Assembly: GCA_951406725.2 (NCBI GenBank)
Contig: OX597819.1
Span: 100,316,001 to 100,380,000 of the forward strand
Length of the DNA stretch: 64,000 nt
Direction: 5' to 3'
From: Octopus vulgaris
Taxonomy: Eukaryota
The notes under the pieces: model-generated
What the model saw: the letters and a program-made list of their open reading frames with translations, nothing else
Told to the model about the DNA's origin: nothing
Database searches by the model: none
Program-made: the position numbers and the translations under genes
Shown here: one piece after another, positions 38,491 to 53,859 of the stretch
Position numbering within the stretch: position 1 is the stretch's first letter
Layout: each line of letters opens with the position of its first letter

Positions 38491-39054
38491 TTTTGTGGTA
38501 GTTATAACGAAATTATTTTCTTATATCAGAGTAATAAGGTTTCAGTAGAACACCTTTACCCTCAGGGAATTACCGGGTACACCAGCTAGTGCTTGACAAG
38601 TTGCAAGATCGTTATGCTTTCACAAATATTCCATATCCCGTCCGAAACACATATCTGAAATTTGAGGAGGCTGCAAATTTATTTTTTTAATATATCCGAT
38701 CAATACTAATGTTCACCAAAAGTTCAAATAAAAAGTAGAAAGAAGAAATTAGGTTTCCATGGAAGATAACATCAAAATTACACCGAATAATTGTGAAAGC
38801 TAGAGTGAGAGAGAGAGAGAGAGAGAAGAAGAGAGAGAGAGGGGGGAATGAGAGAAGGGAGAATAAATAAGACTACTTTGATGAATATTAATCAAGAACA
38901 AAAGCGTAACAATTTTATATGCCTTTTACTCAATTGCATTTTAATGCTTAAATTTTCACAAGCAATCAAGTTTAAAAAAAATAAATTAATTAAAATTAAT
39001 TTCGAAAATAAACTTACAAAAGAAAAGTATATCAACTACAACAATAATAAATTC

Positions 39055-39497
<443 letters not shown>

Positions 39498-39509
39498 CTC
39501 CTCCTCCTC

Positions 39510-39950
39510 CTCCTCATCATCATCATTATTTAGTGGCAGAGTAGTGCATGCTGTCAAAGTGACACGGGGCTAAAATATACGAAGCCCAGTATACCCATCA
39601 TGACTACCTGTCTGATAAGGGTACACCAGGCAAAAGCATCACAAACATATGTGCGCGGCATAGTGATCCCGTATCAAAATAAACAGCGCATGAATTTGCA
39701 GGTTGGGCCCAGTTAGAATTTTCTTAAGGTTGAGTAGCCCATCCTGCTCAAAAGATCCCTAATTAAGGGTTATATAAGGATGTTGAACGAAACACCCATG
39801 TTTCCAAATGTGAATTTTTCAAACCCCAAAGAATTCCTCTCAGCACATGGCTATGATGCTGCCCCACTATTTCTGCTGTTGATCAGAGATTCACTTGTCG
39901 TCAGCCACTAAGGGACATGGTCAAGTGGTTAAGGTCAAACAACTGACGTT
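39510..39950 (-). mobile_element. Probable retroelement 3' region with (TGA)n tail, unclassified
   Basis: Higher-GC segment whose minus strand ends in AATAATGATGATGATGAGG; no recognisable ORF. Confidence 0.3.
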
Positions 39951-40127
39951 TTCCGTTGTATGATGGTACCAAGCACCCGTAACCTCATATACATACTAAC
40001 GGCATAGTAGCCAGTGGAGGTTTTGGTCCACATTGACGTGTCTACGCTTGTAATCTACATAAGTCTCTCATAGGCACTAACAATGTGAATCACGCTTTCG
40101 ACCCTCTTCCCACACATTCTATCTATC

Positions 40128-40212
<85 letters not shown>

Positions 40213-40217
40213 CTCTA

Positions 40218-40289
<72 letters not shown>

Positions 40290-40290
<1 letters not shown>

Positions 40291-40530
40291 ATGGATGGTC
40301 ACAACGCGCTTCGCATTGTTTTAACCTTCAAATGGTGCCACCCCGCTGGCTAACGAGCAGGCTAACAGAAAAAGAGTGAGAGAAGGGTGTGGCGAAAGAG
40401 TACAGCAGAGATCGCCACCACCCCCTACTGGAGCTTCGTGGAGCTTTAGGTGTTTTGGCTCAATAAACACCCACAACACCAGGTCTGGGAGTCAAAACCG
40501 CGATCCTACGACCGCGTGTCGCTGCCCTAA
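40290..40530 (-). mobile_element. tRNA-derived SINE, family D
   Basis: Minus strand A box TGGCCCAGTGG, B-box-like GGTTTTGACTCC; the body differs from families A-C. Confidence 0.75.
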
Positions 40531-40566
40531 CCACTGGGCCATTGTGTTTCCACATATATGTATGTA

Positions 40567-40627
<61 letters not shown>

Positions 40628-40640
40628 GCATATATATGTG

Positions 40641-40712
<72 letters not shown>

Positions 40713-41056
40713 TATATTTGTATAGACATTATGTGTATGTGTGTGTGTGTGTGTGTGTTTGAATGAACAGTTTGAAATCGTAATTGCAAGAATAACCATC
40801 CAATATCGCCCAATGATCGAGATATCTCTAGGTTAACGCTGGAATATGACACCATCTACCCAGTCACGTTTGAAGATATTTCCCATCTCACTTTCAAATT
40901 ATATATACACTCAAGTATGAAAATATATAATTTTAAATGCACGCACATATAAAGAAACATCCAAATCCATACAGACACACATGCATACGTATATATACAT
41001 GCACGTATATAATTACACACACATACACACATATATATGCACACAACGCACACGCA

Positions 41057-41119
<63 letters not shown>

Positions 41120-42329
41120 GTAGAGAGAGCTTTCTATATATGTACGCTTGTGTGTATATATGTACGTATACATATGTATATATATGTGTTTGTACACATA
41201 TATTCATACAAATTCCCAGGACGGTAACGTGTGAAAAATGGCGCTCTATATGTCAAATAGAGCGCAGCTTGCACCTGCCGAAAGAAGCGTTTTCTAGAGA
41301 AATAAAAAAAAAAACTACTAAATGAAATGAAATAGGTAAATAAAAGCCGCCCCTTCCGTCTATCCTTCTCTTGATTATATAATTGGTCATCTTATGGGCG
41401 GGTATTTGGTTATGGGATATTTGTCTGTTGTCAAATAGATTATTTGTTAAGGAAACGAATATAAATAAATAGATGCAATAAATAAATAAACAAAACGCAA
41501 GGTGAGGAGAAAGAAAAGCGTGGAAGAAGAGTGAAGAAAATAAGTGAAGGAACCAGTGATTTCAAAAGATATAGATTGAGGATCTAGAGGGATATTTGAC
41601 TGCGAAATAGCTTCACTTATGTAGACAAATTATCAGATGTAGGGGTGATAAGTTATGAAAGGATGTAGATTTTAGATTGAGAATAGAAGGAAGAAAAAAT
41701 TCGTCTATTCAACAAGTATCAAAATAATGTTGCGTTCGGTAATTGTCTTGCTAATATAATCTCAAAATACATTCTTATGCTTAAGTGAATATGTGTGTGT
41801 GTGTGTGTGTATGTGTGTGTGCGTGCGCGTGTGTATCTATATGTTTATGTGTGTGTGTGTGTATTTGTATATATATATAAAAAATATATATATGTCTGTG
41901 TGCGTGTGTATGCATGTCTGTCTTTGTGTCTGTGCGTATGCATATCTGTATATATTCATACACACACATACACATATACGCCCATACATAGGAATACTCA
42001 AATACATGTATCATGGGAGCATATACATGTGTAAGTTTACATATGGACATATAGATGCTAACACACACAATATATGTGCGTGTGTGTCTGTGTGTGTATG
42101 TTTCTCTATATGTGTGTACATATGTATATATACATACATACCGACATACATAATACATACATACATTCATACGCGCACACACACACACATGCATATACGC
42201 TCTTCATTTCTTTTGATGCCAGAAAGCTAAATTTAAAGGAACTTAACATTTCTTTTCATCTGAAATCCATAGTTACTCATCCGTATTAAACACCCAGACG
42301 TTACCTCTAAGACACAACCAGTTCTTTTG

Positions 42330-43400
42330 AAAGACACAAATCTTTCAACCGCCATCTGTGGTGCTTCTCTGCTGCATGGATTACTGGTGTCTCTCTCTCT
42401 CTCCCTCTATCTCCCCCTCACTCTTTCTCTCTCTTGTATACTTTTTCGAAACGTCTGTCCGAAAAGGAACGTCTGTGTTTCTATAAATCCTGTTTTTCTC
42501 ACCATATCTTACCTGGATATGAAACAACAAATACCCCGATCCAAAATCTTCCTCTTTAACTTACCCAAATACTTCCTCGGCATAAATTTGTCGACCTTGA
42601 AGTACCAATAGCAAAATCTCTTCAACAACGATGACATATGTCCCAATTCAGCCTTGTTCTTAATTATCTTTCAGGGTGGGAACATCAATTCCTTTACACC
42701 CACAACTGTTTACGTCGAATGTCTTTACTTTCTACGCAGTGAAAACACCATTGTTCGATATCTCAAGCTTAATCACAATCTCTAGCAGAACATGATTGCT
42801 TCTTCACGAATACATATTACAAATTGCCCCCCTCCTGGACACTATGGCACTAAGTTACCTGACCGCCCAGTGCTCCACTAATTCAAAACTCGCCTCTCCT
42901 TAGCTATATGTGAGCATCACCTATGATATATCAGAAAGGCTGAAATCATCGTTATAAGCGTGTCCTTCTACACAACTACATATTTTGTAATATATACAGT
43001 TTCTAACTCTTGAGGAAAACCCCTTATATTACAAGCTGGACGGCATTTTACCTGCAGCACAGGTATTGAAATATCATCATCCAAATCACGAAATTTGTCT
43101 CAGTGTATTGTACACCTCTCAACATATCACTCTTCTTTAAGGCAATAAATCGTTTTGGTCCCATGCCAAAATGTTTTCTGTAATTTCCATTCACTTCTTC
43201 ATTATAATGATTCTATGAGTAAAACTCTTTCTCAACATTCCTCGCCTAATTTACATCCAACTTCACATGGCACTCACAAGGTAAATCACTTTTAATATTA
43301 TCAGTTTTCTATTAGTCTATCATCACATGTGTAACCATGTGAGAAAATAAAACCTGTCGCTTCAAACCAACGTGACAGTTGGACTTGAAAATGTCACGTC
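42330..43400 (+). mobile_element. Possible heavily decayed Penelope-like fragments
   Basis: C/T-skewed segment with faint motifs (TRLSLAICEHH, LSTYHSSL); not decisive. Confidence 0.2.
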
Positions 43401-44441
43401 ATCTTCTACTATATCCCTTCCCTTACTACGCTATCCCTCAGGCTCCCAATGTGTACCTAGGTTTCACTATGACTATCTCCACGTTGATATTATTGAGAAA
43501 AATAAATGGGGTCTCCGATACATGTTCCACAATGGAACGGTGCGATATGTAGGAATCGCTAAAATAAGTACCAGACATACGCATAGCTATTGCTTATGTT
43601 ATAATTGATTGAGATCCTCCGATAGAATGCACCAACTTGGCTGCAATCTACTGACTGAATTCAGAAAAAGAGAGTTTCTTTTTCTTCAAAACAAGCACAC
43701 ACACACACACACACACGTATATGTAATCATATATGTACGCATGTATGTATATCCATATATATACGCATATGCACCAATTCTTGTGAATTATATTGAAGTA
43801 ATCGATACAATACACTTCTCTTAAAATATCCAGCAGTTTGACAAACGACCCAAATGTGTGATTTTGCTGAAGTGATTGACCGTACTTAATTATACAAAAC
43901 ATTATACCGAATGTAACTTTTACACTAATTCACACAATTATCCCCATCTCTCTTTCCCTCTCTCTCCCTCTCTTTTTCTCTTTTCCATGCACAATATCTT
44001 TTACTCTCTTCCTACCACTGTCACCAACTCACACATGTACACACACGGACCTCAAGACACTTACCTACTCTCAAGTATATATATGCTATAATCAAAGATG
44101 CTGGAATATCTTGTGACTTTTCAGGACTTCATTAGTTTAAGTACTATCGAAGCACAAAGAATGGTTTCAGGAACATTCTTGCTCCAGTAACTGCGCAACG
44201 GCAAACGATTAGCAAATTCTTCGCGATAATGATATATTTGTAATTAAGGTCATCATAATTTAGCCATATGTCACATTTTATGTGAACTTAAATAGTGAAT
44301 AGTGAATAGTGAATAATAGAAATAGACCTGCGTGTCTATGTCTATTTATGTGATATTTAGAACAATGATGTACGTGAAATTCATACATAAGTCTTGTGTT
44401 ACATTCATTGATTTTATGGTTAGATTGCTTGGCTCATAATC

Positions 44442-44672
44442 TATTTCTTTACTACCCACAAGGGGCTAAACACAGTGAGGACTAACAAGGACAGACAAAC
44501 GGATTAAGTCGATTATATCGACCCCAGTGGGTAATTGGTACTTAATTTATCGACCCCGAAAGGATGAAAGGCAAAGTCAACCTCGGCGGAATTTGAACTC
44601 AGAACGTAGCGGCAGACGAAATACGGCTACGCATTTCGCCGGACGTGCTAACGTTTCTGCCAGCTCGTCGCC
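44442..44672 (-). mobile_element. Young SINE family B copy with 18-bp TSD, nested in an older family C-like SINE head (44415-44800, +)
   Basis: ATTGCTTGGCTCATAATC at 44424-44441 and 44673-44690. Removing the insert restores TGGTTAGATTGCTTGGCTCATAATCATGAG..GTTCGATTCC..TGTGTCCTT. Confidence 0.92.
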
Positions 44673-45061
44673 ATTGCTTGGCTCATAATCATGAGATCGA
44701 TGTTCGATTCCTGTGCGAAATGGCGTGTTGTGTCCTTCAGTAATGCACATCATTTCTTATTGCTTCAGTTTATTCAAATGAAGTGAGTAGCAGCTTAATA
44801 CCAGTGCAGCTCTTTCTACTTCCACCAGTCACACATACTTTATGTGACTCAAAGAGAGGGTGGATCGAGAGAGTCTCTACGTCAGCTCGTGACTACATAA
44901 GTAATTAAGACAATTAGTGAAAACATACTATATGTTATTAAATCATGCAACCTATACGTATATTCTATACCTACGTTCTCTGTCAGAAAAAATTACATTT
45001 ATATTAAACCCATATTATTTTCACATAATTGCATTCATTGTTAATAACTTAATTAAATGAG

Positions 45062-45329
45062 ATATACATATCTATATTTCGTTTTTGGATTTGGTCAGCA
45101 AGATTCTTTATGTGAGTTCGTGTGTTGAAGCATATTCTATTGTGTCTGGGGAGAGTCATTTTCTTTTTGTGCCTTATAATTTAACACACACACCGGTAAA
45201 ATTTCCACTTATTTTTATTTTCCTAAAATTTTCGTTGTGTCTTGCAAACTTTTCAAGTCTTGAGTGTGTTAAATTATAAGGCACAAAAAAATGACTCTCC
45301 CCAGACACAACAGAATATACATATCTATA
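45062..45329. mobile_element. Short insertion with internal inverted duplication and 15-bp flanking direct repeat (PLE-type structure)
   Basis: Arms 45132-45189 and 45264-45318; ATATACATATCTATA at 45062-45076 and 45315-45329. Confidence 0.8.
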
Positions 45330-46084
45330 CTTATTCAATATTAATAGTTACGATTTGTTTGATATTAATATATCAGTTCTAAGTCCTTATATAACTATGT
45401 CCTTCATGTTAATCGGCTCTATATCTTATAATATTCAACGTACATTCTGAATGATATTCATGCCTATAATTGTGATACGTATAACTATATTTATTACTGT
45501 ACTTTTACATATTCTTTATGATATCCGTTTAATGCATTAATTTTGCTAATTCACCGATTTCTAGCGTGTAATAGGAAATAAATATATCAATTAACATTAT
45601 CAAGTTGGATATCAATAATTTGAAATTAATAACGTTAAATTGCTAACACGAAGTCTCTCTGTTTCGCTAGTCTTACAAAAATGAACAGCCAAGTCTTGTT
45701 TATCTAACTCCACTGTCTACGTAACAAATGGCAAGAAAACGGGATTTTCATGGACGTAGTTTCTTTTTGATCTTATTTCTGCTCGATTAGTGCCTCCCGA
45801 GGTAGGCAATAAGTTGTACAGTTTATATTGATCCATGCAGACCAAATCTAAAATCGTCCTCAACGTGTCTGTGGCTCAGAAACGTTAATTACATTAGTGG
45901 TTCTGTTATTAGTTCATAGACGTATTTAATTTGAACTTAGGATATAAGTTAACAAACGTGAAACTACGTAAATGATGCACATTGGGATCGATTGGTTAAT
46001 ATACGAAAATTAGCAGATAAATCTTATTTGATATCAAAACTCACCATATTAAGAAAGTGAAAATCGTTCGATAATAATTGTTTT

Positions 46085-46275
46085 AAAATTTGGCACAAGG
46101 CTATCAATTTCGGATGAGGAGGTGCTAGTCGATTACTTCGATCCCAGTGCTTAACCTGTATTTAATTTATTGACCCCGAAAGGATGAAAGGCAAAGCCGA
46201 CCTCTGCGGAATTTGAGCATGCAACGTAAAAATGGACAAACTACCGGTAAGCATTTTGCTCAGCGTTGTAACGTT
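46085..46275 (-). mobile_element. SINE family B copy
   Basis: GACCCCGAAAGGATGAAAGGCAAAGCCGACCTC.GCGGAATTTGA matches family B. Confidence 0.85.
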
Positions 46276-46789
46276 ATACTTCTTGCATAAAAAAGAAAAC
46301 CAAGAGAAAGATTGAGAGAGATGGGAGCGCATAGTTACAGTACCTTAGCTCAAATGTCAACTAAATCAGAAGAGAGGCCTTGGATTAAGCAACGACAAAA
46401 CGTATGAGCAGTAAGAACAACAGCAATAACGAAAACATCGACAGCGATAACAAAACACGACTTGAACAGCATTGGAGATGCGAACAATCATAATTGCAGT
46501 AACAGATCAGTATCAGGGTCGACAACGGTCACAACTGTAAATAAAGCAGCGCTAACAGAATTAACGACATTTACAACAAAATTGAAAAACAAAGGGGGAA
46601 AGAAGAAGAGATTCTTCTCCGTCGTTCAAAGTACTGCAAGTAGCACTCGAAACTGTCTTTTTTTAAAAAAAGAAAAACAAATAATTAATGTAACATATAA
46701 TGTAATCTCAGAGATTTGATTGTAAAGTTTTAATGTCTTTTGATCATAAGTCTGGTCTATCTGACCTGATTGATTGGGTCCCACCAATA

Positions 46790-47130
<341 letters not shown>

Positions 47131-47339
47131 GCTTCAACTACGACTACGGAGTAACAGCAGAAATAAATATTAACAACGGCAACACCAATTACAACAACAA
47201 TTTAAAACAAATATTAATAATACAAAACTAAAACAAACCACAATAACTAACAACTGTTGACTTGAGAAATAGAAGGAAATGCTGACTGTGTGGGGAAGCA
47301 AGAGGAAGTGGAACTCTAGTGAGTAAAGAAACAATAAAT

Positions 47340-48630
47340 GTGAATGAGGTTGATGGAATTAAAGAAATGATAGGGTGTCGTTGCATTTCTTGAAATGATG
47401 CCTTCCGGTGGCTACAACCATCAATGATGAACAGTTGATGATATTATGGTGCGATGATTGAGTTAGTGGTAAATGGTTGACCTCGTTAGATGATGGATGG
47501 CTGTCTTAATGATATAGTGGTGGTGAGAGTGATGGTCATGTTTCATTCTGAGGTGGTGCATGTGATGGTGGAGGTACTTGAGTTCGAATTCAAGGTGGTG
47601 GGGGTTGTTTATGTGAAGCTGAAGGTATGAAAGGGCATGATGAGAGGTAGCAGGTGTTATAATGAAGGTACGAGCAATCAAGCTGTGATAAACTACGTGA
47701 CGGTGGACGCAGGGTTGAAATGGTGGATGAGATGGTTGGAGGTGGCTTAGGTTTGGATTGTAGTGGTGGATGTGAAAGTGGGTGGAGGTATATCAGGTTC
47801 GAGGTGTGGTGGTGTTGGATGTGACAGCGAGGAAACTAGTGATCAAAGAGGACATTATGATCGACATATTAACGTTTCAATCAGTTGGAGTAGAAATGAT
47901 GAGGGAATTATTCGAGGTTCAAGTTTATGTGGTGGATGTGCTTTTGCAGATAGTAAAGTCCCGAACAGAGGCCGTGGATGTTGCGGGGTATTACTAATAG
48001 TTCTAGTTGTGGTATTAGATACGATGGTGACGGGAGTAGAGGGACAGCTACAGGGTGAATGTCAGGATGGACGTGGATGTGAAGGTGGTGCTGATACAGG
48101 TTAGAACTGAGGTGGTTGATGTGATGAAGACACAACACGTTGCCGCTGTGTTAATGGATGCAATGGTGCAGGTACTACAAGTTTGGCCTGCAGTGAGAGA
48201 TGTGATAATGGAGATACCAGAGGTCTGGCCTTGGATCGTGGTACTGATTGTGGAAGCACCAGATATTCAACCAGTGGGAGTGGATAAGATGACGGAGTTT
48301 CAATTGGTTGGAGTTGTATTGGTGGATGTGATTGTGAAGACAGTAAATGCTGGGATTGAGGCGATTTATATGACTACGCTAGCTATTGTTAGTCGGCATC
48401 GGTTAAAATGATTATAGTTTTGGCATTCATGAGGAGTAGTTGTGGAAGTTGCGGTTATTGTAGTGGTTATGGCCATGGATACAGTAGTAGTAGTGGTGGT
48501 GGTGCTGATAGGGTTGCTAAATTATTGGGGGAGGAGAAGCATATTTTGATAGCTATTGATTGCGATAATTATATTGATAATTTCAGAGGTTGTGATTTCG
48601 GAGGTAACCAATGCTGGTGTTTGTAGATAT
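47340..48630. repeat. Cryptically simple G/T-skewed region (decayed GGT/GAT repeats)
   Basis: Strong C depletion on the plus strand; recurring GTGGATGTGA words; stops in all frames. Confidence 0.6.
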
Positions 48631-49385
48631 TAGATTTCTATGTAGTGGTAAAATAATGACAGTCTAGGTGACTTTGAATGTTTGAGTAAATGCTTTCCGG
48701 TGATACATACTGAAAACGATCTTGGTAACGGTTGTGTTTCTGTTATAGTTCTTAAAACTGAAGCTCTAAGTTATTTACCACAATTTCTTGTACCAGAAAT
48801 TTGATGACACCGATATACTTAAAATTCCCTGAACTAAAAGAGATAGATGAGTGGCAAATAAGAATATGAAGGGGGTTTGTCGAACAATATTAATATCTTG
48901 ACACTGTTTGACTCCAATTCAATTATTGATACTCTGATAGAGTATAAAGAATGATATGTCTGTGATGAATCTCCGTGAAAAATATATAGGATATCATATT
49001 CTGCTGTTTTGTCACTACATGATGTCTGTCACTAAGGAAAACAAAACAAGGAGAAAATACGTGATCTGGCAGTTCCGGAAGCCATAAAAGACGGTTCTCG
49101 TCTATCAACGATATAAATATGAATACAATTATACACCATGAGTCCATATAAGATTTCCTCTTAAGGTAAATAATGCAGATTTCTGTGTTTTAACACGTAA
49201 TCCAAGTTACGTTTGAGGTATGTATAAATTTTAGTATTAATACTGTTTCTGTCGCTATTAATTTTAATATATGTATATATATATGTGTGTAAAGGTAAGA
49301 TCTAAGGTTGATTTTCGATCAAATCTCCTGTGAGTTGACATGGGACCACTTGAATACAACGTAACCTTCATTTGACTAAGGTACC

Positions 49386-49472
49386 TTCGGCCTGATGAGC
49401 AGCTAGTGGAGTACCCCTCGTTGAGTAATTACTACTTCCGAGGTTCTGCTTGCTAAGAAACATGTAGCCGGT
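49386..49472 (+). ncRNA. Type I hammerhead ribozyme motif with extended helix II
   Basis: UCGGC CUGAUGA..GAAAC AU GUA GCCGG; 5-bp helix I; palindromic ACAUGU; helix II pairs AGUGGAG/UUCUGCU and CCUCG/CGAGG. Confidence 0.75.
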
Positions 49473-51083
49473 ATTTTACCTACTTCATTCCCTAAATTTG
49501 GATTCTATATATATGTGTGTGTGTGTATTTCTTGCTTTTTCTTTCTTTTCGTCTCATCTATTGGTTTGCGGCCATTTGGTAGAACCGTTTTGTAGGTCTG
49601 TTAGATTAATACTCCCCCAACCTACTACTTATTTTAAATATGATATATATTCTAGCGCTCTCACTGAAAAGCACAGATATAAAGGTATACACACTCAACA
49701 CACACACATACACACATACACGAGCACACACCTGCACACACTCACACGTAAACTCACTTTCACACACACCTCTCATTCTGCATACTTATACACAGTCACA
49801 CATATATAAACCCACCCCACCACCAACTAATTCCCATCACTATTTACTTCAATATTTATCTTTCCCTTAAACTATTTCCCAGCGAAGTTTAATTAGCCAA
49901 AAAAAAAAAAAAATCAGCACACCTTTATTCTCCAAAGTCTAAAATAAAATAAAATAAATATAACATACGCTGATATTTGAACCTATTACAGTATAACCCA
50001 CTCAATTTTTAGATGTTACTTGACCCAAGGATCAGCCCACCCTTGTCCTGTTCTTTCCCTACCCTACCCGCTCGTTTGACTTAACTGCTTCATGCTGCTG
50101 GTGGGGGTCGTCTGAAATATATTTTATTTTCACATTTTCTACCTTAGAATTACTGGCGTGAGAATATTCTGATTTCTGTTTCTAATTTGTTAGGAAATCA
50201 AAGGTATTTACCATTTTTTTCCCTTTTGCTTTTAAATTTCATCTTTCATTTCCCATCACCTATTTCTTGTCTATTCATTATATTTCCCTTTTTTCGTTAT
50301 TGCTTTCCTTGCATTTTGAAACATGAAACAGTCTTTGTTCTTTTTTTCTTTTCCTCTTTGTATTTCTTCCCTTTCTTCTGTACTGCCTCTCTTCTCTCTC
50401 TTATGTTTTCCACAATTGCTGTCAACATTTCGTTTCTACTTGAATTTATTTTTTATCATTTTCCTATTATTTATATTATTTTCACCATCTCATCTTTTCT
50501 CTATTTCATACCTTCTTTGTATTTCTTTTCTGTCTTTCATTCATTTATTAACGATTCTCCAAAGCATTTGTAATCCGTTTTTTATTTCATAAAACTAGCA
50601 GCAACGGGGGGTTTTCCTTCCGTCCGTCCCACTTGCAAATCTTTTAATTCCTGTTGCACGCTTAAGAGGACAACAATAATTATTCTCTGTTCATAGCCAC
50701 CTCCTATGTTTTTATCTATCTGTCTGTCTCGTTAGCTTATTTATACATTTCTATATTGTCTGTGTATCTATGTTCGTCTCCTACCTGGAAAACTATAAAC
50801 TAAATGCAATCATAATGTAATCATCAGACATAAACACAAAAAAAATGTATAAATCTAGCAACCCAAAAATAAATAAAATAGAAAGAAGCCTAAAGAGAGA
50901 CAACGAAAAGCAATCCTGTAGTCGAATCTCCTCCTTCGGCATGAAAACCCCTTTTCATAATACTTAGTGGCTATAGTAGATTATGAAGTATGTAGGACAA
51001 TTTCACACCCCTCACGTCATAGCTATGGTGGTGTTTGTGAAAAGAAATCTATTGCAATGAAAAGCAATAGCCCTATTTGTATG

Positions 51084-51195
<112 letters not shown>

Positions 51196-51443
51196 GTATA
51201 TATATATATATATGTGTATACACACATACAGACATACATACATGCGCACACATATATATATTTAAACACATGTATGTATTACGTATGTATATAAACACAC
51301 ATAATTCTCCTAAGGAGTGTGTAATTATGTATGTGAGTTTCTCTGTGAATCACTACCATTTTGCTTTTCATCTCAGACAGATGCATATACATACATATAT
51401 ACATACATATATACATACATACATACATATATATATATATATG

Positions 51444-51482
<39 letters not shown>

Positions 51483-51498
51483 CTATGTATATATATAA

Positions 51499-51529
<31 letters not shown>

Positions 51530-51719
51530 TGTATGTATGTATGTGTATGTGTGTGTATGTGTTCAATGTATTTCCGGTTTTTCGTATAAGAATTCTTTTT
51601 GCTTGTATGCTAAGGTGCTGTTATTGCTGAAAATGTTGTTAGAATCGTTGGTGTCAAATTCAACTGTCCAATATATGTTTGTTATTTAGTAGGGCGGTGT
51701 GAGATTTGAATGAAATAAC

Positions 51720-51940
51720 TTTTCTACAGTAGAAAACGAGGCCTGAACATTTGGGAGAGTCACTAGTCGATTACAGCAACACCCATGTTCAATTGGTAGT
51801 TATCTTATGGAACCCCGAAAGGGAAGAATGGCAATGCCGACCCCGACGGAATTTGTATTCAGATTTCAAAAAACACGGACGAAATGTGGCTAAGCATTCT
51901 TGTTTGCCGTGCTAATGATTCTGCTAGTTTGTTTCCTTAG
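51720..51940 (-). mobile_element. Decayed SINE family B copy
   Basis: Similarity by eye to family B. Confidence 0.75.
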
Positions 51941-51959
51941 ATTTGTGCAAGCTGGACTG

Positions 51960-52640
51960 TTGAAGAGATATGTTAATAGGGTAAAAAGTGAGGGTTAAGT
52001 TCAAGTTGCTATGGGGGTTGGTGTGAGGCGTGAATCCGGAGATGCAATCAGCGTGAGTGGTCTGGGGCTAAAATCGACACATGAATTGGAGAACCGTCAC
52101 GTGAGACTGGGTCACAAACGTATCGTGCCGATGGCAACATAAACTGCGAAGGAATAGTGATAATGAATTACGAATAGTATCCAAGCGAAGGAATAGTAAT
52201 CTGGAGTAAAGAAGGAAAAATTTAGAGAGTTTCGTGTGGGAAGAGAGTAAGTTGAGCTGAATGAATGTGAGAGTCGGTTGGTTTACACAGAGGGGACATG
52301 GCGAAAGTGAGATTGGATTATGAACGATGAGATTGGATTATCAATCAAGAAAATTGAGAAATGAGGAGCAGATTCTATAAGTGAATTCAATGGCTTGGGA
52401 GAAAGAATGATGACCTTAATGAAGATTATGCGTTGAATATGAAGGAGTACGGTAACTCTAATGCAATCATCGATGTATATACCATACACTTCAGGTGTGG
52501 GACCACTGCAATTGAAAAAGATTTGAGATTCAACGTAGTCAACGAAATACGGTTTAGCGTAACTCGGGACCATGCTAGTTCCCATGGCCACTCCGGTGAT
52601 ATACTGGTAAAATTTGCCGTAGAAAAGAAATTTAAAGCAG
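51960..52640 (-). mobile_element. Penelope-like reverse transcriptase remnant
   Basis: FLFYGKFYQYITGVAMGTSMVPSYA..VESQIF..PEVYGIYIDDCI, then KPTDSH: PLE RT motifs GxAMG and YIDD. Confidence 0.9.
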
Positions 52641-53594
52641 ATACGCGCGAACGCACAAACATGCCCATACACACACTGACGAACACACACACAATCGCTT
52701 ACACTTTTATATGATTTTACACGCTGAGATAAACGTTGTTTATATCCAGTGTAACAAGGAATAACCGGGTTAAATCACACATATATATTTATGTGACTCA
52801 GTTTATCGATATAAATATAGTCTATAAATTCTGTACTTTGTTTGTGAAACAATGTCGACACTTCCATAAGGCAGTAACTTCCAAAATAGTACAAAAGTGT
52901 AGTAGTTGATCCAATGACACCTATAAATTATAACATGGCTGTCGGATTTCGACAACCGTTTTAATGATAAACGATTCTTAAATTAGCATCAATTGTACTG
53001 GTACTTAAAACATTTGCTCTGCGAATGTGATGTACGGCTAGAGAATCAGCATGTGTAGAGATTATAATCCACGTAGTATATAATCTATTGCTTTCAATTC
53101 GATTGAGCTTATTAAAACGACAATCACATAATTTACCACTCTGAGCAACGCAAACATTTGACCAGTATATGTATGACAGAACATATATAAGGTCAAATTC
53201 ATCATTTGTTGATCGAAGACTTGTAGAATTGTTGATACCACGAATATATTAATGCGAAAATAAAGATTTCAAAATGGAATCGGTGATGAAGAAATATTTA
53301 CTTGAACGTTGGCCAGACACTTTAGAAAGCTGCCAAATATCTTGTGATTGTAAAATAGAAATTAATCGACAGGCTTTGGGGTAGAAATAAAATAAAGTAA
53401 AAACAAATGGTGCTGAAAATGGCAAAAATACTATCGATTATATAAAGTTAAATTTTGTGTCAACATTAGAAATTTGTCCCATTGGTTATTAAAACTTTAA
53501 TGAAGAGCGGTGCTTAGTGATGTACCGTAAAATGGTCTTCAGTTCACACCATTAGTAAACATGCACACATACAATGAGTACAGCTACAAGCCTA

Positions 53595-53830
53595 TACAGG
53601 GGTGGTCAAAAGTCACCCGACAGTAAATAAATTCCATAGATACTTAATATTCAATTACATTTGTTCATTTAGAAAAATAGTGTCGCTCAAAAAGGACTTC
53701 ATTTAGAACAATTTTCATGATGTTTCATATTTAGACGCTTTTATTAAATTCATTCGATTGATAAACATAAATAAATCTTGGGATTAAATGGTTTAGATTT
53801 ACTGTCAGGCGACTTTTGGCCAACCTCATA
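53595..53830. mobile_element. Tc1/mariner-type MITE
   Basis: TA|CAGGGGTGGTCAAAAGTCACCCGACAGTAAAT ... ATTTACTGTCAGGCGACTTTTGGCCAACCTCA|TA; AT-rich interior. Confidence 0.85.
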
Positions 53831-53859
53831 TTTCCAAATACACGTGTCTGTTTACGTAT

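Noticed and set aside
47763-48626. Val/Gly-rich ORFs
   Set aside because: Cryptically simple G/T-skewed DNA with short overlapping ORFs in several frames and no family motif.
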